In this document: positions 55,479-64,000 of the stretch, one piece after another
How the letters are laid out: each line of letters opens with the position of its first letter
Position numbering within the stretch: the stretch's first letter is position 1
IMG/VR virus record: IMGVR_UViG_3300021181_000008
Location: 14,970-78,969 of that record
DNA from: a virus
Reading direction: 5' to 3' (one strand)
Length of the DNA stretch: 64,000 nucleotides
Notes under the pieces: generated by a model
Seen by the model: the letters and a program-made list of their open reading frames with translations, nothing else
Database searches by the model: none
Told to the model about the DNA's origin: nothing
Position numbers and translations under genes: made by a program

Positions 55479-56089
55479 CCGAACAGCATAACCAGCAGCG
55501 GGTACAGTCCGACCACGCAGAAGCAGAGCGCAAACGCGGCGTAGAACAACGTGCGAGCGCGGTTAGAGTCCTTGGCCGGAGCCTTGTAGACCGGGATCGC
55601 AGGTCCAGGCGGCGGATTCGTCTCGGTCACGTGCTGGAGCATGGCGTTCAGGGACTCCCACGTGCCGTCCTTGGCGAACTGGTCGCGGGCGTCGAGCCAG
55701 TCCTTGTGCGGGTACTCGTACTTGGTGCCGCGCTGGACTAGCCGCGTGATCATGCCGCCGTTGCCGTCCGCCCCGCTGTAGACCTCCTCGAACACCGGGA
55801 CCTGGACGTACTTCCTCATCGCGGCCTCGGCGTCAACGCTGTGCGGGCTGACGTACGTGTCCGGGTCGGGCGGCTTGGGCTGCACGGGCTTGTCCTTCTT
55901 GATGTTCCTCGGATGCTGCGGGCAGGTGCTGTAGTGCTCGCCCTCGATCTTCCAGCCGCAGTCCTTGCACGCCTTGCGCTCCCGCTCCTGTATCCAGTAC
56001 GGCTCAGCTTTGGCAATGCCGGGGCAGCCTGAGATGTGCATGCCCTCGCCGATCCCGCAGTAGCTGCACCTGCTGACGCCGTACATCAT
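55475..56089 (-). CDS. Protein with two CxxC-H-C motifs and a C-terminal TM
   Basis: CSYCG..HISGCP, CKDCG..HYSTCP, hydrophobic C-terminus. Confidence 0.65.
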   Translation of the reverse strand: MMYGVSRCSYCGIGEGMHISGCPGIAKAEPYWIQERERKACKDCGWKIEGEHYSTCPQHPRNIKKDKPVQPKPPDPDTYVSPHSVDAEAAMRKYVQVPVFEEVYSGADGNGGMITRLVQRGTKYEYPHKDWLDARDQFAKDGTWESLNAMLQHVTETNPPPGPAIPVYKAPAKDSNRARTLFYAAFALCFCVVGLYPLLVMLFG

Positions 56090-56111
56090 GCCTCCCTCGT
56101 AGTCAGGCAGC

Positions 56112-56972
56112 CTACCGGTAGCCAAGGTTCTGCTCCCTGACGTACGTGCCCCACTGGATGGCCATGGCCTCGGCGAGTCCGGGGAACGTGAGGCTGCGGA
56201 CCTTGGACCTGTTCTTCCGGCCGTGGCTGTCCTCGTAGTGGTTAGCGCCCGCGCCGAACCGGCCGGCGTAGTTGCTGCCCTGCGTGACGACGGAGCCCAT
56301 GCGGTAGCCGTTCATGTCGCCGGACACGCCAGTCGCCACCGCGCCGACCATCTTGGACGGGAACAGCTCGGGCAGGCCCTTGAGCCACAAGCAGGTGGTC
56401 TTGCGGAACGGGTCGCCGAACCAGAACGGCTGCACCATCTGGTCGGGCCTGCGGTAGCGGCTGAACATGACGCCGCGCGGGTTCTCCACCGCGACGAACG
56501 GAGCCGGGGCGTCGATCATCTTCATGAAGAACGCCGCGCCCTCGTCCTCGCGCCCGTCAGCCTGCTTCTCCGCCCTCCAGCGGTTGCCGGCGTAGCTCAG
56601 GTGGGTGCAGGGCGGGAACGCGATGATCAGGTCCCACAGCGGCAGGCTGACGTCGCTGGCCTCGTTCTCGGCCTTGCGGTCGGCGTTGACCGGGTGGTCC
56701 CAGTCCCACAGGTCGAGCACGTCGCCCTCGTAGTGACGCTCGATCCCGATGCCCATGGCGCGGCGCTTGTAGTAGCGGGCTCGCTTCTTCGACTTCTTGT
56801 CCAGCAGGGGCTCGGCGTTGTCGCCGCGAATGGTCTGGACCTTCCGGCCGTGGCCGTACTCGATGGACTCGTCGGGCAGGATGTCGCAGGACCAAGCGTC
56901 CCAGCCTTGTAGCATGAACTGGTGGCGGACGCGGCCTGACATCTCACATGCCAGCAGGACTCGGAGTTGCAC
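56112..56972 (-). CDS. DNA cytosine-C5 methyltransferase-like protein (phage type)
   Basis: VLLACEMSGRV, WSCDILP, DLIIAFPPCTHL (motif IV PC), VAVENP (motif VI), KTTCLWL, RSLTFPGLAEAMA.QW. Confidence 0.85.
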   Translation of the reverse strand: MQLRVLLACEMSGRVRHQFMLQGWDAWSCDILPDESIEYGHGRKVQTIRGDNAEPLLDKKSKKRARYYKRRAMGIGIERHYEGDVLDLWDWDHPVNADRKAENEASDVSLPLWDLIIAFPPCTHLSYAGNRWRAEKQADGREDEGAAFFMKMIDAPAPFVAVENPRGVMFSRYRRPDQMVQPFWFGDPFRKTTCLWLKGLPELFPSKMVGAVATGVSGDMNGYRMGSVVTQGSNYAGRFGAGANHYEDSHGRKNRSKVRSLTFPGLAEAMAIQWGTYVREQNLGYR

Positions 56973-57172
56973 CGGATTCTCACATTCTGTTAAGTGCGGA
57001 TTTTCTCACGCGTAATTGAACTTGCGGTAGTCCACGGTGACGATGTGAACTTCCATGCCCATCTCGATGACTGTCTTGATCCAGACCATCTCTATGAAGA
57101 CCGGGAAAGACGGGCAGGTGGTGCTCGCGGTGGGCATCTCCTGGTCGTGGTACTCAACGCGCTGCTGCATGG

Positions 57173-57439
57173 CTACTCCGTGTCGAGCGGACCGTGCTTC
57201 TCGGCAAGGTCCCCGAGGGTGTCCTTCCGGAGTGAGTCTAGCTTCATCAGGTGCCAGTGGCGGCCCGAGGTGCCGGGGTCCATCTCGATCCAGTAGTCCC
57301 CGTCGCTGTCCTTGACGGCCCGGTAGATCATGACCGGGCTGCCGTTGGCGCTGTAGCGGATGCCATTGACGTAGACATGCGGCACCGCCTTGCCCTCGGT
57401 GTCGATCGTGACGTCCTGGTCGTCCATGCTGACGTTCAC
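57173..57439 (-). CDS. Hypothetical protein
   Basis: AGGAGGG RBS. Confidence 0.6.
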   Translation of the reverse strand: MNVSMDDQDVTIDTEGKAVPHVYVNGIRYSANGSPVMIYRAVKDSDGDYWIEMDPGTSGRHWHLMKLDSLRKDTLGDLAEKHGPLDTE

Positions 57440-57759
57440 TATGCCCTCCTGGTCTCTCCGTTGCGGCGGGCGCGGATGGCAGGCACCGCCTTGAACTTGA
57501 TGTTCATCTCTCTGTCCCAGTGCAACCCGTGCCCGCAGGAGTTTGTTCCCTCGGGCTCGGTGCACATCAGATGGGGCACGTCGTGGCTGGATCCCTCGAC
57601 GCCGCAGATGTTGTTGGGGTACACGGCGGTGGTGTGAGCGGGCACGCGACAGGTCGGGCAGAGCACCTGGTGCACCTTGCCGATAGCCATGCCGGGGTAG
57701 TCCCGCAGGCAGCCGCAGCTCAGACGGAAAGTCCGAGTCGCGTGATGAGTTCGCGCCAC
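57439..57759 (-). CDS. Cys/His-rich Zn-binding protein
   Basis: LSCGC...CPTC. TACAAT -10 lies 8 nt upstream. Confidence 0.6.
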   Translation of the reverse strand: MARTHHATRTFRLSCGCLRDYPGMAIGKVHQVLCPTCRVPAHTTAVYPNNICGVEGSSHDVPHLMCTEPEGTNSCGHGLHWDREMNIKFKAVPAIRARRNGETRRA

Positions 57760-57796
57760 GATCCGTAATTGTACCGCACGCGTGTTCTACCCCCGG

Positions 57797-58480
57797 CTAA
57801 AGGTCGATCAGCTCGGCCAGCTCGGTCCACACCAGTTGCTTGTGGGTGAGCGAGCCGTCCGCGTGCAGGAAGCTGCCGTTCTTGAGCATGGGCTCAAGGT
57901 CAGCCCAGTTGTCGCCCTTGGCGTGCAGCATCTCGTGCAGGTCGGGCTTCTTCTTGCCCTGTAGCTCGCTGTGGCTGTAGTACGACTGCGCGAGCATGGA
58001 CAGGCTGTTGCGGTGCCAGTCCTTCTGCCGCCACACGAACACGTTGGGCGCGTCCTCGTAGGGCACGGTGAACGCCCGCGCGTCGAACATGGCAGGGTTC
58101 CGTTGGATGTTGATGCCGAACTGGTTGGGCACCTCGCGGTTGAAGTAGGCGGTGAACGCGCTCGCGGCGATCGACACCACCTTGTTCAGCCGGTAGTCGA
58201 ACCAGCCCTGGGACTCCACGCGGTCGGTGTCCGTGAGCATGAACGTGACCTCATCGGACTGGCAGTAGGCCAGCTTGAAGCCGGGCATGTCCTTCACGAC
58301 GTCCATTGTGGTGTTGATGAACGTGCGGATCAGCCGCGTGTCGAACGGCTTGTCGAGCCCCCGGCACCAGGTGTGGAACGCCCGGCCGTCTACCCGGATG
58401 AACAGCGGCGAGCTGGGCGTCAGCATGTGGTCGGACACCCGCTCGTAGCGCTTGATGCGGTCGCCGAGTGAGTCCTTCAT
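57797..58480 (-). CDS. tRNA(His) guanylyltransferase Thg1-like protein
   Basis: LGDRIKRYE, IRVDGRAFHTW, YCQSDEVT, FDARAF, WRQKDWHRNS. Confidence 0.93.
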   Translation of the reverse strand: MKDSLGDRIKRYERVSDHMLTPSSPLFIRVDGRAFHTWCRGLDKPFDTRLIRTFINTTMDVVKDMPGFKLAYCQSDEVTFMLTDTDRVESQGWFDYRLNKVVSIAASAFTAYFNREVPNQFGINIQRNPAMFDARAFTVPYEDAPNVFVWRQKDWHRNSLSMLAQSYYSHSELQGKKKPDLHEMLHAKGDNWADLEPMLKNGSFLHADGSLTHKQLVWTELAELIDL

Positions 58481-58854
58481 CAGCCGTACTCCGCCAGCAG
58501 CAGGAGCTTCCACGTGCGGTCACCCGTGAACCCGAGGTGGTCGAGCACCTTGTCGCGCATGACCGTCTCGGTGTGGTCCGGCGGGAATAGCTGTCCGGGG
58601 TCCACCTCGGCGGGCATGGTCGGCTTGGCGTCTTCCTTGGACCGCACCAGCAGCAGGGCCAGCCGGTCGCCGTCGTCCTCGCCGTAGTAGCCGTACATGA
58701 AGACCTCGAACGTGCGCTCGTCCTCCCACTCGGTGCCCTTGAGCGCGTCGTAGGACTCCCACGTCTTGTCCTCAAGCGAGTCGTGCAGCTCGTCGTACTC
58801 GCCCTGGTTGAAGTTGACGCCCCACGCGATGATCGCACTGGCAGACGATCCCAT
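58480..58854 (-). CDS. Hypothetical protein
   Basis: GAGGTG RBS and coupled stop. Confidence 0.65.
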   Translation of the reverse strand: MGSSASAIIAWGVNFNQGEYDELHDSLEDKTWESYDALKGTEWEDERTFEVFMYGYYGEDDGDRLALLLVRSKEDAKPTMPAEVDPGQLFPPDHTETVMRDKVLDHLGFTGDRTWKLLLLAEYG

Positions 58855-58978
58855 AAGCTCACCTCTTCGAACATGTAGTCATAGTCTGGATGGCACAGTT
58901 CCAGGTGGACGCCGTTGATGATGCTGTCGGTCTCCACTGGCTCATCGCACAACACGCACCTGAACGGAGGTATTCCGG

Positions 58979-59467
58979 TCAGTACTTCGTCCTTCCTCGC
59001 AGCACCAGCCCGACGAGGGACTTGCTGATCTCCAGGCCGGTGTCGTCGTAGACCCGCTGGGCGATCTCGCCGTGGGTCAGGCCGTCGCCGTGCAGGCCCT
59101 TGATGGTGGCGGCGAGCTGCGGGTTCAGCTTCTCGCGGTGGGCAGACACGCTGGAGCAGTACCACTTCTCGCGCTTGCCCGCGATGGGGCCGCCCGCGTT
59201 CTTGTAGCCAAGCCCACGGCAGATCTCGCTCGACCGGCTCTCGCTGATGCCGAACAGCAGGGCAAGGTCAGCGTGCGACCAGCCTCCGGCGCGGTACTCG
59301 CGCAGCATCTTCACCTGTGCGTTGTCGAGCTTGGCGTTGGGGTTGTCCGGGCCGGCGCGCTCGCTGTTCCGCAGGGCGAGGCCGGGGTTGGTCTGGCCGG
59401 AGGTGTGGTGGCTGCGCGTCTTGAGCGGTCGCCCGCGTCCGGCGGTGGTGTAGTCGTAACCCGCCAT
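58979..59467 (-). CDS. Double helix-turn-helix DNA-binding protein
   Basis: AKLDNAQV...SHADLALLFGISESRSSEICRG and KLNPQLA...THGEIAQ...ISKSLVGLVLRG. Confidence 0.75.
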   Translation of the reverse strand: MAGYDYTTAGRGRPLKTRSHHTSGQTNPGLALRNSERAGPDNPNAKLDNAQVKMLREYRAGGWSHADLALLFGISESRSSEICRGLGYKNAGGPIAGKREKWYCSSVSAHREKLNPQLAATIKGLHGDGLTHGEIAQRVYDDTGLEISKSLVGLVLRGRTKY

Positions 59468-59584
59468 CAGGCGTTCGCCAGTCCCCGGTCGTGCGCGGCG
59501 CGCTGCCGCCGCAGGAAGTGGCCGAGCCCGCGTGAGATGCGCGTCCGGAAGCCGCAGCAGTCACAGATGTAGAACGTCCCACCC

Positions 59585-60695
59585 TTATGCATTGTCCGAT
59601 TCCTTCCTTGCCGCCTCGCGGCGCGACCGCTTCGCGGCGAACACCTCGTAGGCGTGCTGCTCGGTCGAGCCGTTGGCGATCATCCGGTAGATCTTCTCCA
59701 TGTCCCGGCCGCCCTGAGCGCGCTTGCCCCCGCCCTTGATCTTGGGGCTGACCTTGAACCTGAACGCGCTCATGACTTGGGGTCCTCTCCCAGGATCTCG
59801 CGCACCTTGCTGATCGGGATCTTGAACTTCTGCGCGATCAGCATGCGCCAGTTGGTGACGTCGTTCCAGTAGCCGCCGCCCTCGTTCTGCATCCAGTAGA
59901 AGCTGTTCCTGGCGGACCGGCGGTAGGCGCGGACGCGCTGCTCAAGGCTCATGCGGGGTTCCCTATCTCCATGCCGTGCTCAAGCGCGTCGGCGAGGTGC
60001 CACGACTTGGAGCGCGGGCGGCCGGGGTTGCGGTCAACGCTGTCCCAGGTCACGCGGAACTCACGACCGCGCTTCTCCGTGATCGTGCCCTTCAACTCCG
60101 GGCTGAACTTCAGGTGTACGCGGTCCCCGAGGACCATAGTCCGACTCCTCTGTTGCTACTAGCACGACGGCATCGACGATGAAGGGCTCGTGCTTGCCCA
60201 ACACGGCCCGCCCCTCGTCGAACTGGTCGCGATCGACTGTGTGGACGGGCGAGATCTCGTTGTCCGTCTCAGCGTAGACGGTGAGCGTCAGGTCCATCTT
60301 GGAGAGCTGCTCGATCAGCTCGGCAATGATCATCGGACCTCGTTTCCCAGGTCACCCGGCGGGCAGTCGCCGATTTCCCCGCTGTAGCGCTCCAAGTGCG
60401 GGTCCGTCCGGCTGGCGGTCCGGTTGTACGCCGTGGCCAGCGGGGTGAGCGGGAAGCCGTTGTCGCCGCCGTCAGCGGTGAGGAGCGCGGCGATGGCCTC
60501 GGCCGCCCACGGCGTCTCGGTGTAGAGCACCACGTACGGCCCCTCCTCGACCGGCCCCTGGGGGACGAAGTGCTGCGGCTTCATGCACCGGCACACGACG
60601 TGCTGCCTAGCCTGCTCGACGTACTCCAGCACCTCGTGCTGGCCCGTGCCCGAGACGTTGTAGCCCGCGCAGTAGCGGACATTGAGCTTCGACAT
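59585..60695 (-). other. Five small hypothetical genes
   Basis: 59585-59773, 59770-59952, 59949-60137, 60061-60333 and 60330-60695, mostly ATGA-coupled. Confidence 0.6.
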
Positions 60696-60703
60696 GTGAT
60701 CTC

Positions 60704-61408
60704 CTAGTGGACGCTGTGGACCTTAGAGTACTCGGTCCAGTCGCGCTGCTTCATCTTCATGATGAGCCGGCCGCCGGCTCGGGTGGCGAGGGGAACGTGG
60801 GGCGTGCCGACGACGCCCTCCATCTCGACGGCGGGCCAAGCGGACTTGAGCCCCTCGTGTGTGATGACCTCCCACATGAGGTTAGGCGACACGGTGCCGT
60901 AGTAGGGCACGGTATTGATGCCGAACTCGTTCGCGATCTCCTGCACCGCGTGCGGCTCCAGCCACCACTTGCCGATCTTCACGTCGAACAGGATGAAGCT
61001 GGGGTCACCGTAGTTGCCGCCGCCCTTCTGGATCCCAGCGCCGAAGCCCTCGCCGAACAGCGTGACGGCCACCGCGCTGCCGTCGTTGGGCTCGGCCGGC
61101 CACTTGGAGCCGTAGCGATCGGGTGCGAGCAGGCCCATGTCGGCGATGGCCTCGACCAGGCGGGCCGGGATCTGCGCGTTGTCGGTGCGCCCGCCGAGGG
61201 TGACGGACAGGCCGTCCCAGAACAGGCGGATGTTCGTGCCGTCGATCTTCTCGGTCCAGCGCCACGGCAGGTCGGCGAGGTACGCGAACTCCGGCTGCGA
61301 CCACTCGCCGGGGATGACGGGGTTGCCAGGGATGGACGTGTCGCGCTTGAACGCGCTGTTGATCTTGAGGTAGGCGGGGCCGAAGCCCTCGGACAGTTGG
61401 TTGACCAT
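60704..61408 (-). CDS. ATP-dependent RNA ligase (Rnl2-like)
   Basis: Motif I TEKIDGTN, plus LFGEGFG, FILFDV, EGVVG, KMK. Leaderless TAGTCT-N6-ATG. Confidence 0.9.
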   Translation of the reverse strand: MVNQLSEGFGPAYLKINSAFKRDTSIPGNPVIPGEWSQPEFAYLADLPWRWTEKIDGTNIRLFWDGLSVTLGGRTDNAQIPARLVEAIADMGLLAPDRYGSKWPAEPNDGSAVAVTLFGEGFGAGIQKGGGNYGDPSFILFDVKIGKWWLEPHAVQEIANEFGINTVPYYGTVSPNLMWEVITHEGLKSAWPAVEMEGVVGTPHVPLATRAGGRLIMKMKQRDWTEYSKVHSVH

Positions 61409-61417
61409 CCCGACAGA

Positions 61418-61984
61418 CTACACCGCGGTCGCCGCTGCCTTGGCCGCCATCTGGGTAAGGCACGCCTCGTGAATCAGGTCGAGCTGCTTGCGGCTATCGG
61501 CGGCCACCACGGGATTGCGCATGATGGTCAGCACATTGTCCTGCTTGGTCTCGCCGGACTTGCTCCAGTTGGTGCTGCCGGAGCCGACGTCGAGCCCGTC
61601 GATGATGAACTCCTTGAGGTGCATGATGCCACCGCCGCGACTGCGGCCGAACGCCACCGAGTTGCTCGCCATAAGGCCGAGTTCGAGGAGCTGCTTCTCG
61701 TGCTTGCCCGCCGCCTGCGTGCTGTCCAGGGTGATAGACACGTAGATGTTGGGGTCCTTGAGCTTCTCCATGATGATCTCGGTCAGCTCAGGGTCATCGA
61801 ACCCGTACATAGCGATGACCAGGGAATGCTCGACACTCCATAGCAGTACCTGGAGCGCTGCATCCACCCGGTCATCAGGGGAATAGAACTTAACGTACGC
61901 GTCGGCTGGGTACAGAGGCGGCCAGCCTAGATCCTTACCGCCGCGCTTGAACTTCACTAGGTCGGCTAGGCTTTCGAGTGCCAC
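61418..61984 (-). CDS. Phospholipase D-family nuclease (single HKD)
   Basis: FYSPDD, IAMYGF, MHLKEFIIDG, GSTNWS. Confidence 0.88.
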   Translation of the reverse strand: MALESLADLVKFKRGGKDLGWPPLYPADAYVKFYSPDDRVDAALQVLLWSVEHSLVIAMYGFDDPELTEIIMEKLKDPNIYVSITLDSTQAAGKHEKQLLELGLMASNSVAFGRSRGGGIMHLKEFIIDGLDVGSGSTNWSKSGETKQDNVLTIMRNPVVAADSRKQLDLIHEACLTQMAAKAAATAV

Positions 61985-62106
61985 CGCGCCTCTTTTTCAT
62001 GATGATGATCGCGTCCTTAACGTGATCCACCACCGAGCCCGGCAGCGCATCGCGTTCACTAATGGACAAGTCCACCACCTTTTGGAGATAGGCGATAGCC
62101 CACTCC

Positions 62107-62325
62107 TCATGCAGGTCGCTCCTCTTGCTCGGGCGCGTCATCCTCATCATCTCCGAAGTCGTCGCGGTTCTGTGCTCTGCGCTTGAGGTAACTGCTGATC
62201 TTCCACAGCGTGTTGGCCACGGCGTGGCCGTCCTCGTCGATCGGGTCCAGGTTGAGCCCCGACACGCAGTTGCCCGCGCGGTCGAACACCTCGGCCAGGA
62301 TCTTGTCTACCTTAGCGTCGATCAC
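62107..62325 (-). CDS. Hypothetical protein
   Basis: GTGA-coupled start. Confidence 0.5.
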   Translation of the reverse strand: MIDAKVDKILAEVFDRAGNCVSGLNLDPIDEDGHAVANTLWKISSYLKRRAQNRDDFGDDEDDAPEQEERPA

Positions 62326-62606
62326 AGCGGCTTCCATTCCTGGTTCATCGGGCTGCGGCGGCAGGTGTTGCACTGGACGTACATCCCCGGCCGGGTGATC
62401 CTGTCGTGGCACGGCTGGCACGTGAAGATGCTGCCGACGTGGCCGCAGTGAGAGCATCGGCACGTGAAGAACCACACTGCGGGCTTGCCGCACGCGATGC
62501 CGCCGTACTGCATCTCGCACAGCGGCGGGGCCTCGTCCCACAGGCTCTCCAGGTCCGAGACGTTCACCAGGTCTTCAGTGACCTGCTCCTCGGTCATCGT
62601 GCTCAC
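62322..62606 (-). CDS. Cys-rich Zn-finger protein
   Basis: Multiple CxxC pairs. Confidence 0.65.
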   Translation of the reverse strand: MSTMTEEQVTEDLVNVSDLESLWDEAPPLCEMQYGGIACGKPAVWFFTCRCSHCGHVGSIFTCQPCHDRITRPGMYVQCNTCRRSPMNQEWKPL

Positions 62607-62845
62607 TGGAGAGCCTCGGCTGCGTCCTGCGCGCCCGCCGCGTAGCCCCGCTCGTAGCCGGCGTCGTTGCCCATCTGCTCGCAGTCCAGGCAGCCCTCGT
62701 CCTTGCCGGTCTGGTAGCCGTCCTCGTGCCCGGAGTGGTAGAGCTTGTCCAGCACGTCGTAGATCACGGCGTCGTCGGGCGTCGGCTTCGAGCCGAACAG
62801 CAGGGTCTTGGCGTCTTCAACATCTCGAACTCGGGGTGCTGGCAT
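62603..62845 (-). CDS. Small protein with GxxxG repeats
   Basis: GAGGA RBS. Paralog of 52402-52650. Confidence 0.65.
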   Translation of the reverse strand: MPAPRVRDVEDAKTLLFGSKPTPDDAVIYDVLDKLYHSGHEDGYQTGKDEGCLDCEQMGNDAGYERGYAAGAQDAAEALQ

Positions 62846-62956
62846 GTGTCCTCACACTTTCGCTTGCTCGCGGACTGTAATTAGGAGCGGCCCTCGACGC
62901 CTGTCTCTGCCCAGACAGACGGAGGGCCGCCCAAGGTGTGCCCAGTGGCAGGTATG

Positions 62957-64000
62957 TCAGGCCCCGAAAGGCGGGGGCGCGTGGACATCCTTGCGGGGGA
63001 GGTGAGCGCCATGTCCCGAACGCACAGACCCGTTTGACCACTCACGCACTAAGACTCGCAACGGCTGTCCCCCTAGCAGTTCCTCTACGATACGCGGGTC
63101 GCGCACCAGCTCAGCCAGGCTGCCCGCCTTGGACTTGAGCGCCTCTCGGACTCTCGACTCGACCGTGTTCTTGGCCACGATGTCAATTATATGCACCTGC
63201 TTGGCGTTCCGGATGTCGTCGGCGCGGCTCTGCGCCTGGTCGGCCTGCCAGTAGGCCCACGGACGTTCGAGGAAGACGATGGTGTCGGTCCCCGTCAGCG
63301 TCAGGCCCACGCCCCCGGCGGTCACGTTGGCGCACAGCAGGTCGAGCTGACCCGCGTTGAACGCCTTGCGGATGCCGGTTCGGCTGGACTGGCTCTGGCC
63401 GCCCACGATGTACCCTACGCGATAGCCGTTCTTCTCGGCCCGGGCACCCGCGAGCTTGACGAGCTGGGTGTGGGGGGAGAAGCAGATCAGCGGCTCTCCG
63501 CGGTTGTCGTCCATCAGCTCCATGAGGGCGTCGATCTTCCACGACGGCTCGCGCATGGTCACGTTGTACTTCGGCACCATCTCGCCGTACGTCTCGCTGC
63601 CGGGCTTGTCGTCCAGTTCGTATACGATCTCGACGTCGCAGGCCGAGCTGGCGAGCTGGGAGAGGCGCTGGAGCTGGGCGAGCACCGTCATGACCGGCAG
63701 CGGCTCGTCGGTGTCGGGGATGTGCGCGATCATGTCGTCGCGCATCTCGTCGTACGCCTTGCGGTGAGCGGCCGGCACGTCCACGGCACGGGTCTGGTAG
63801 GTTTTCGGAGGCAAGTCCTTGTTGACATCGCTTCTCGAAATCCTGCGCATACTCCCCTGCATGAGGGTGAAGAACTCGTTCTTGTTCGCAGTCGAGATCC
63901 CCTCGATCTCGGGGTTGCCGTACTCCCTGCTGAACCGGTCGGTGTAGCGCGCCTGGTAGCGCTCCTGGTCGGGGAACGATCGGATGTCGAGCACGTTGAG
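62957..64000 (-). CDS. SNF2-type helicase, C-terminal part (5' end outside the window)
   Basis: MRR..DV.KDLPPKTY, LQRLSQLA, KIDAL, AGGVGLTLT, QAQSRA, IIDIVAKNTVE. Confidence 0.9.
   Translation of the reverse strand, partial: LNVLDIRSFPDQERYQARYTDRFSREYGNPEIEGISTANKNEFFTLMQGSMRRISRSDVNKDLPPKTYQTRAVDVPAAHRKAYDEMRDDMIAHIPDTDEPLPVMTVLAQLQRLSQLASSACDVEIVYELDDKPGSETYGEMVPKYNVTMREPSWKIDALMELMDDNRGEPLICFSPHTQLVKLAGARAEKNGYRVGYIVGGQSQSSRTGIRKAFNAGQLDLLCANVTAGGVGLTLTGTDTIVFLERPWAYWQADQAQSRADDIRNAKQVHIIDIVAKNTVESRVREALKSKAGSLAELVRDPRIVEELLGGQPLRVLVREWSNGSVRSGHGAHLPRKDVHAPPPFGA

Noticed and set aside
1-64000. CRISPR array or cas genes
   Set aside because: No regularly spaced direct repeats with unique spacers were seen. 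The tandem repeats found are coding.
1-64000. Stop-codon reassignment
   Set aside because: Conserved genes are full length in code 11 and end in TGA, TAA and TAG. No suppressor tRNA.

Overview
A 64 kb segment of a high-GC tailed phage genome with siphovirus architecture. The host is most likely an actinobacterium, judged from GC3-rich codons, TANNNT leaderless starts and DUF1876/DUF6582-type domains. The + strand (1-45.8 kb) carries the virion module: probable portal 3' end, HK97 protease, major capsid, head-tail adaptor, tail terminator, tail tube, chaperones, tape measure, and very large Gly-rich/LamG tail-tip proteins. About 12 kb of accessory genes interrupt it, including a sugar-modification cassette (glycosyltransferases, two NDP-sugar epimerase/dehydratases, two SAM methyltransferases), papain-fold peptidases, dCMP deaminase and an HNH. 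The - strand (45.8-64 kb) carries three tightly packed tRNAs (Gly, Cys, Asn), membrane proteins, a RuvC-like resolvase, a sigma factor with region 2 only, a C5 methyltransferase, a Thg1-like protein, an Rnl2-type RNA ligase, a PLD nuclease and a SNF2-type helicase cut by the window end. The most notable observations read from the sequence are: (1) miniature fragment paralogs of the phage's own virion proteins (two of the tail tube, one of a fibre repeat, plus a non-coding tail-tube relic); (2) a structured RNA element shared by the 5' leaders of the capsid and tail-tube genes; (3) a 32-bp duplicated late-promoter box together with the truncated sigma factor; (4) a self-contained candidate virion-glycosylation pathway; (5) an unannotated Pro/Glu-rich peptide operon with a Cys/His-motif enzyme-like protein. 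All family calls come from motif recognition, not database searches.
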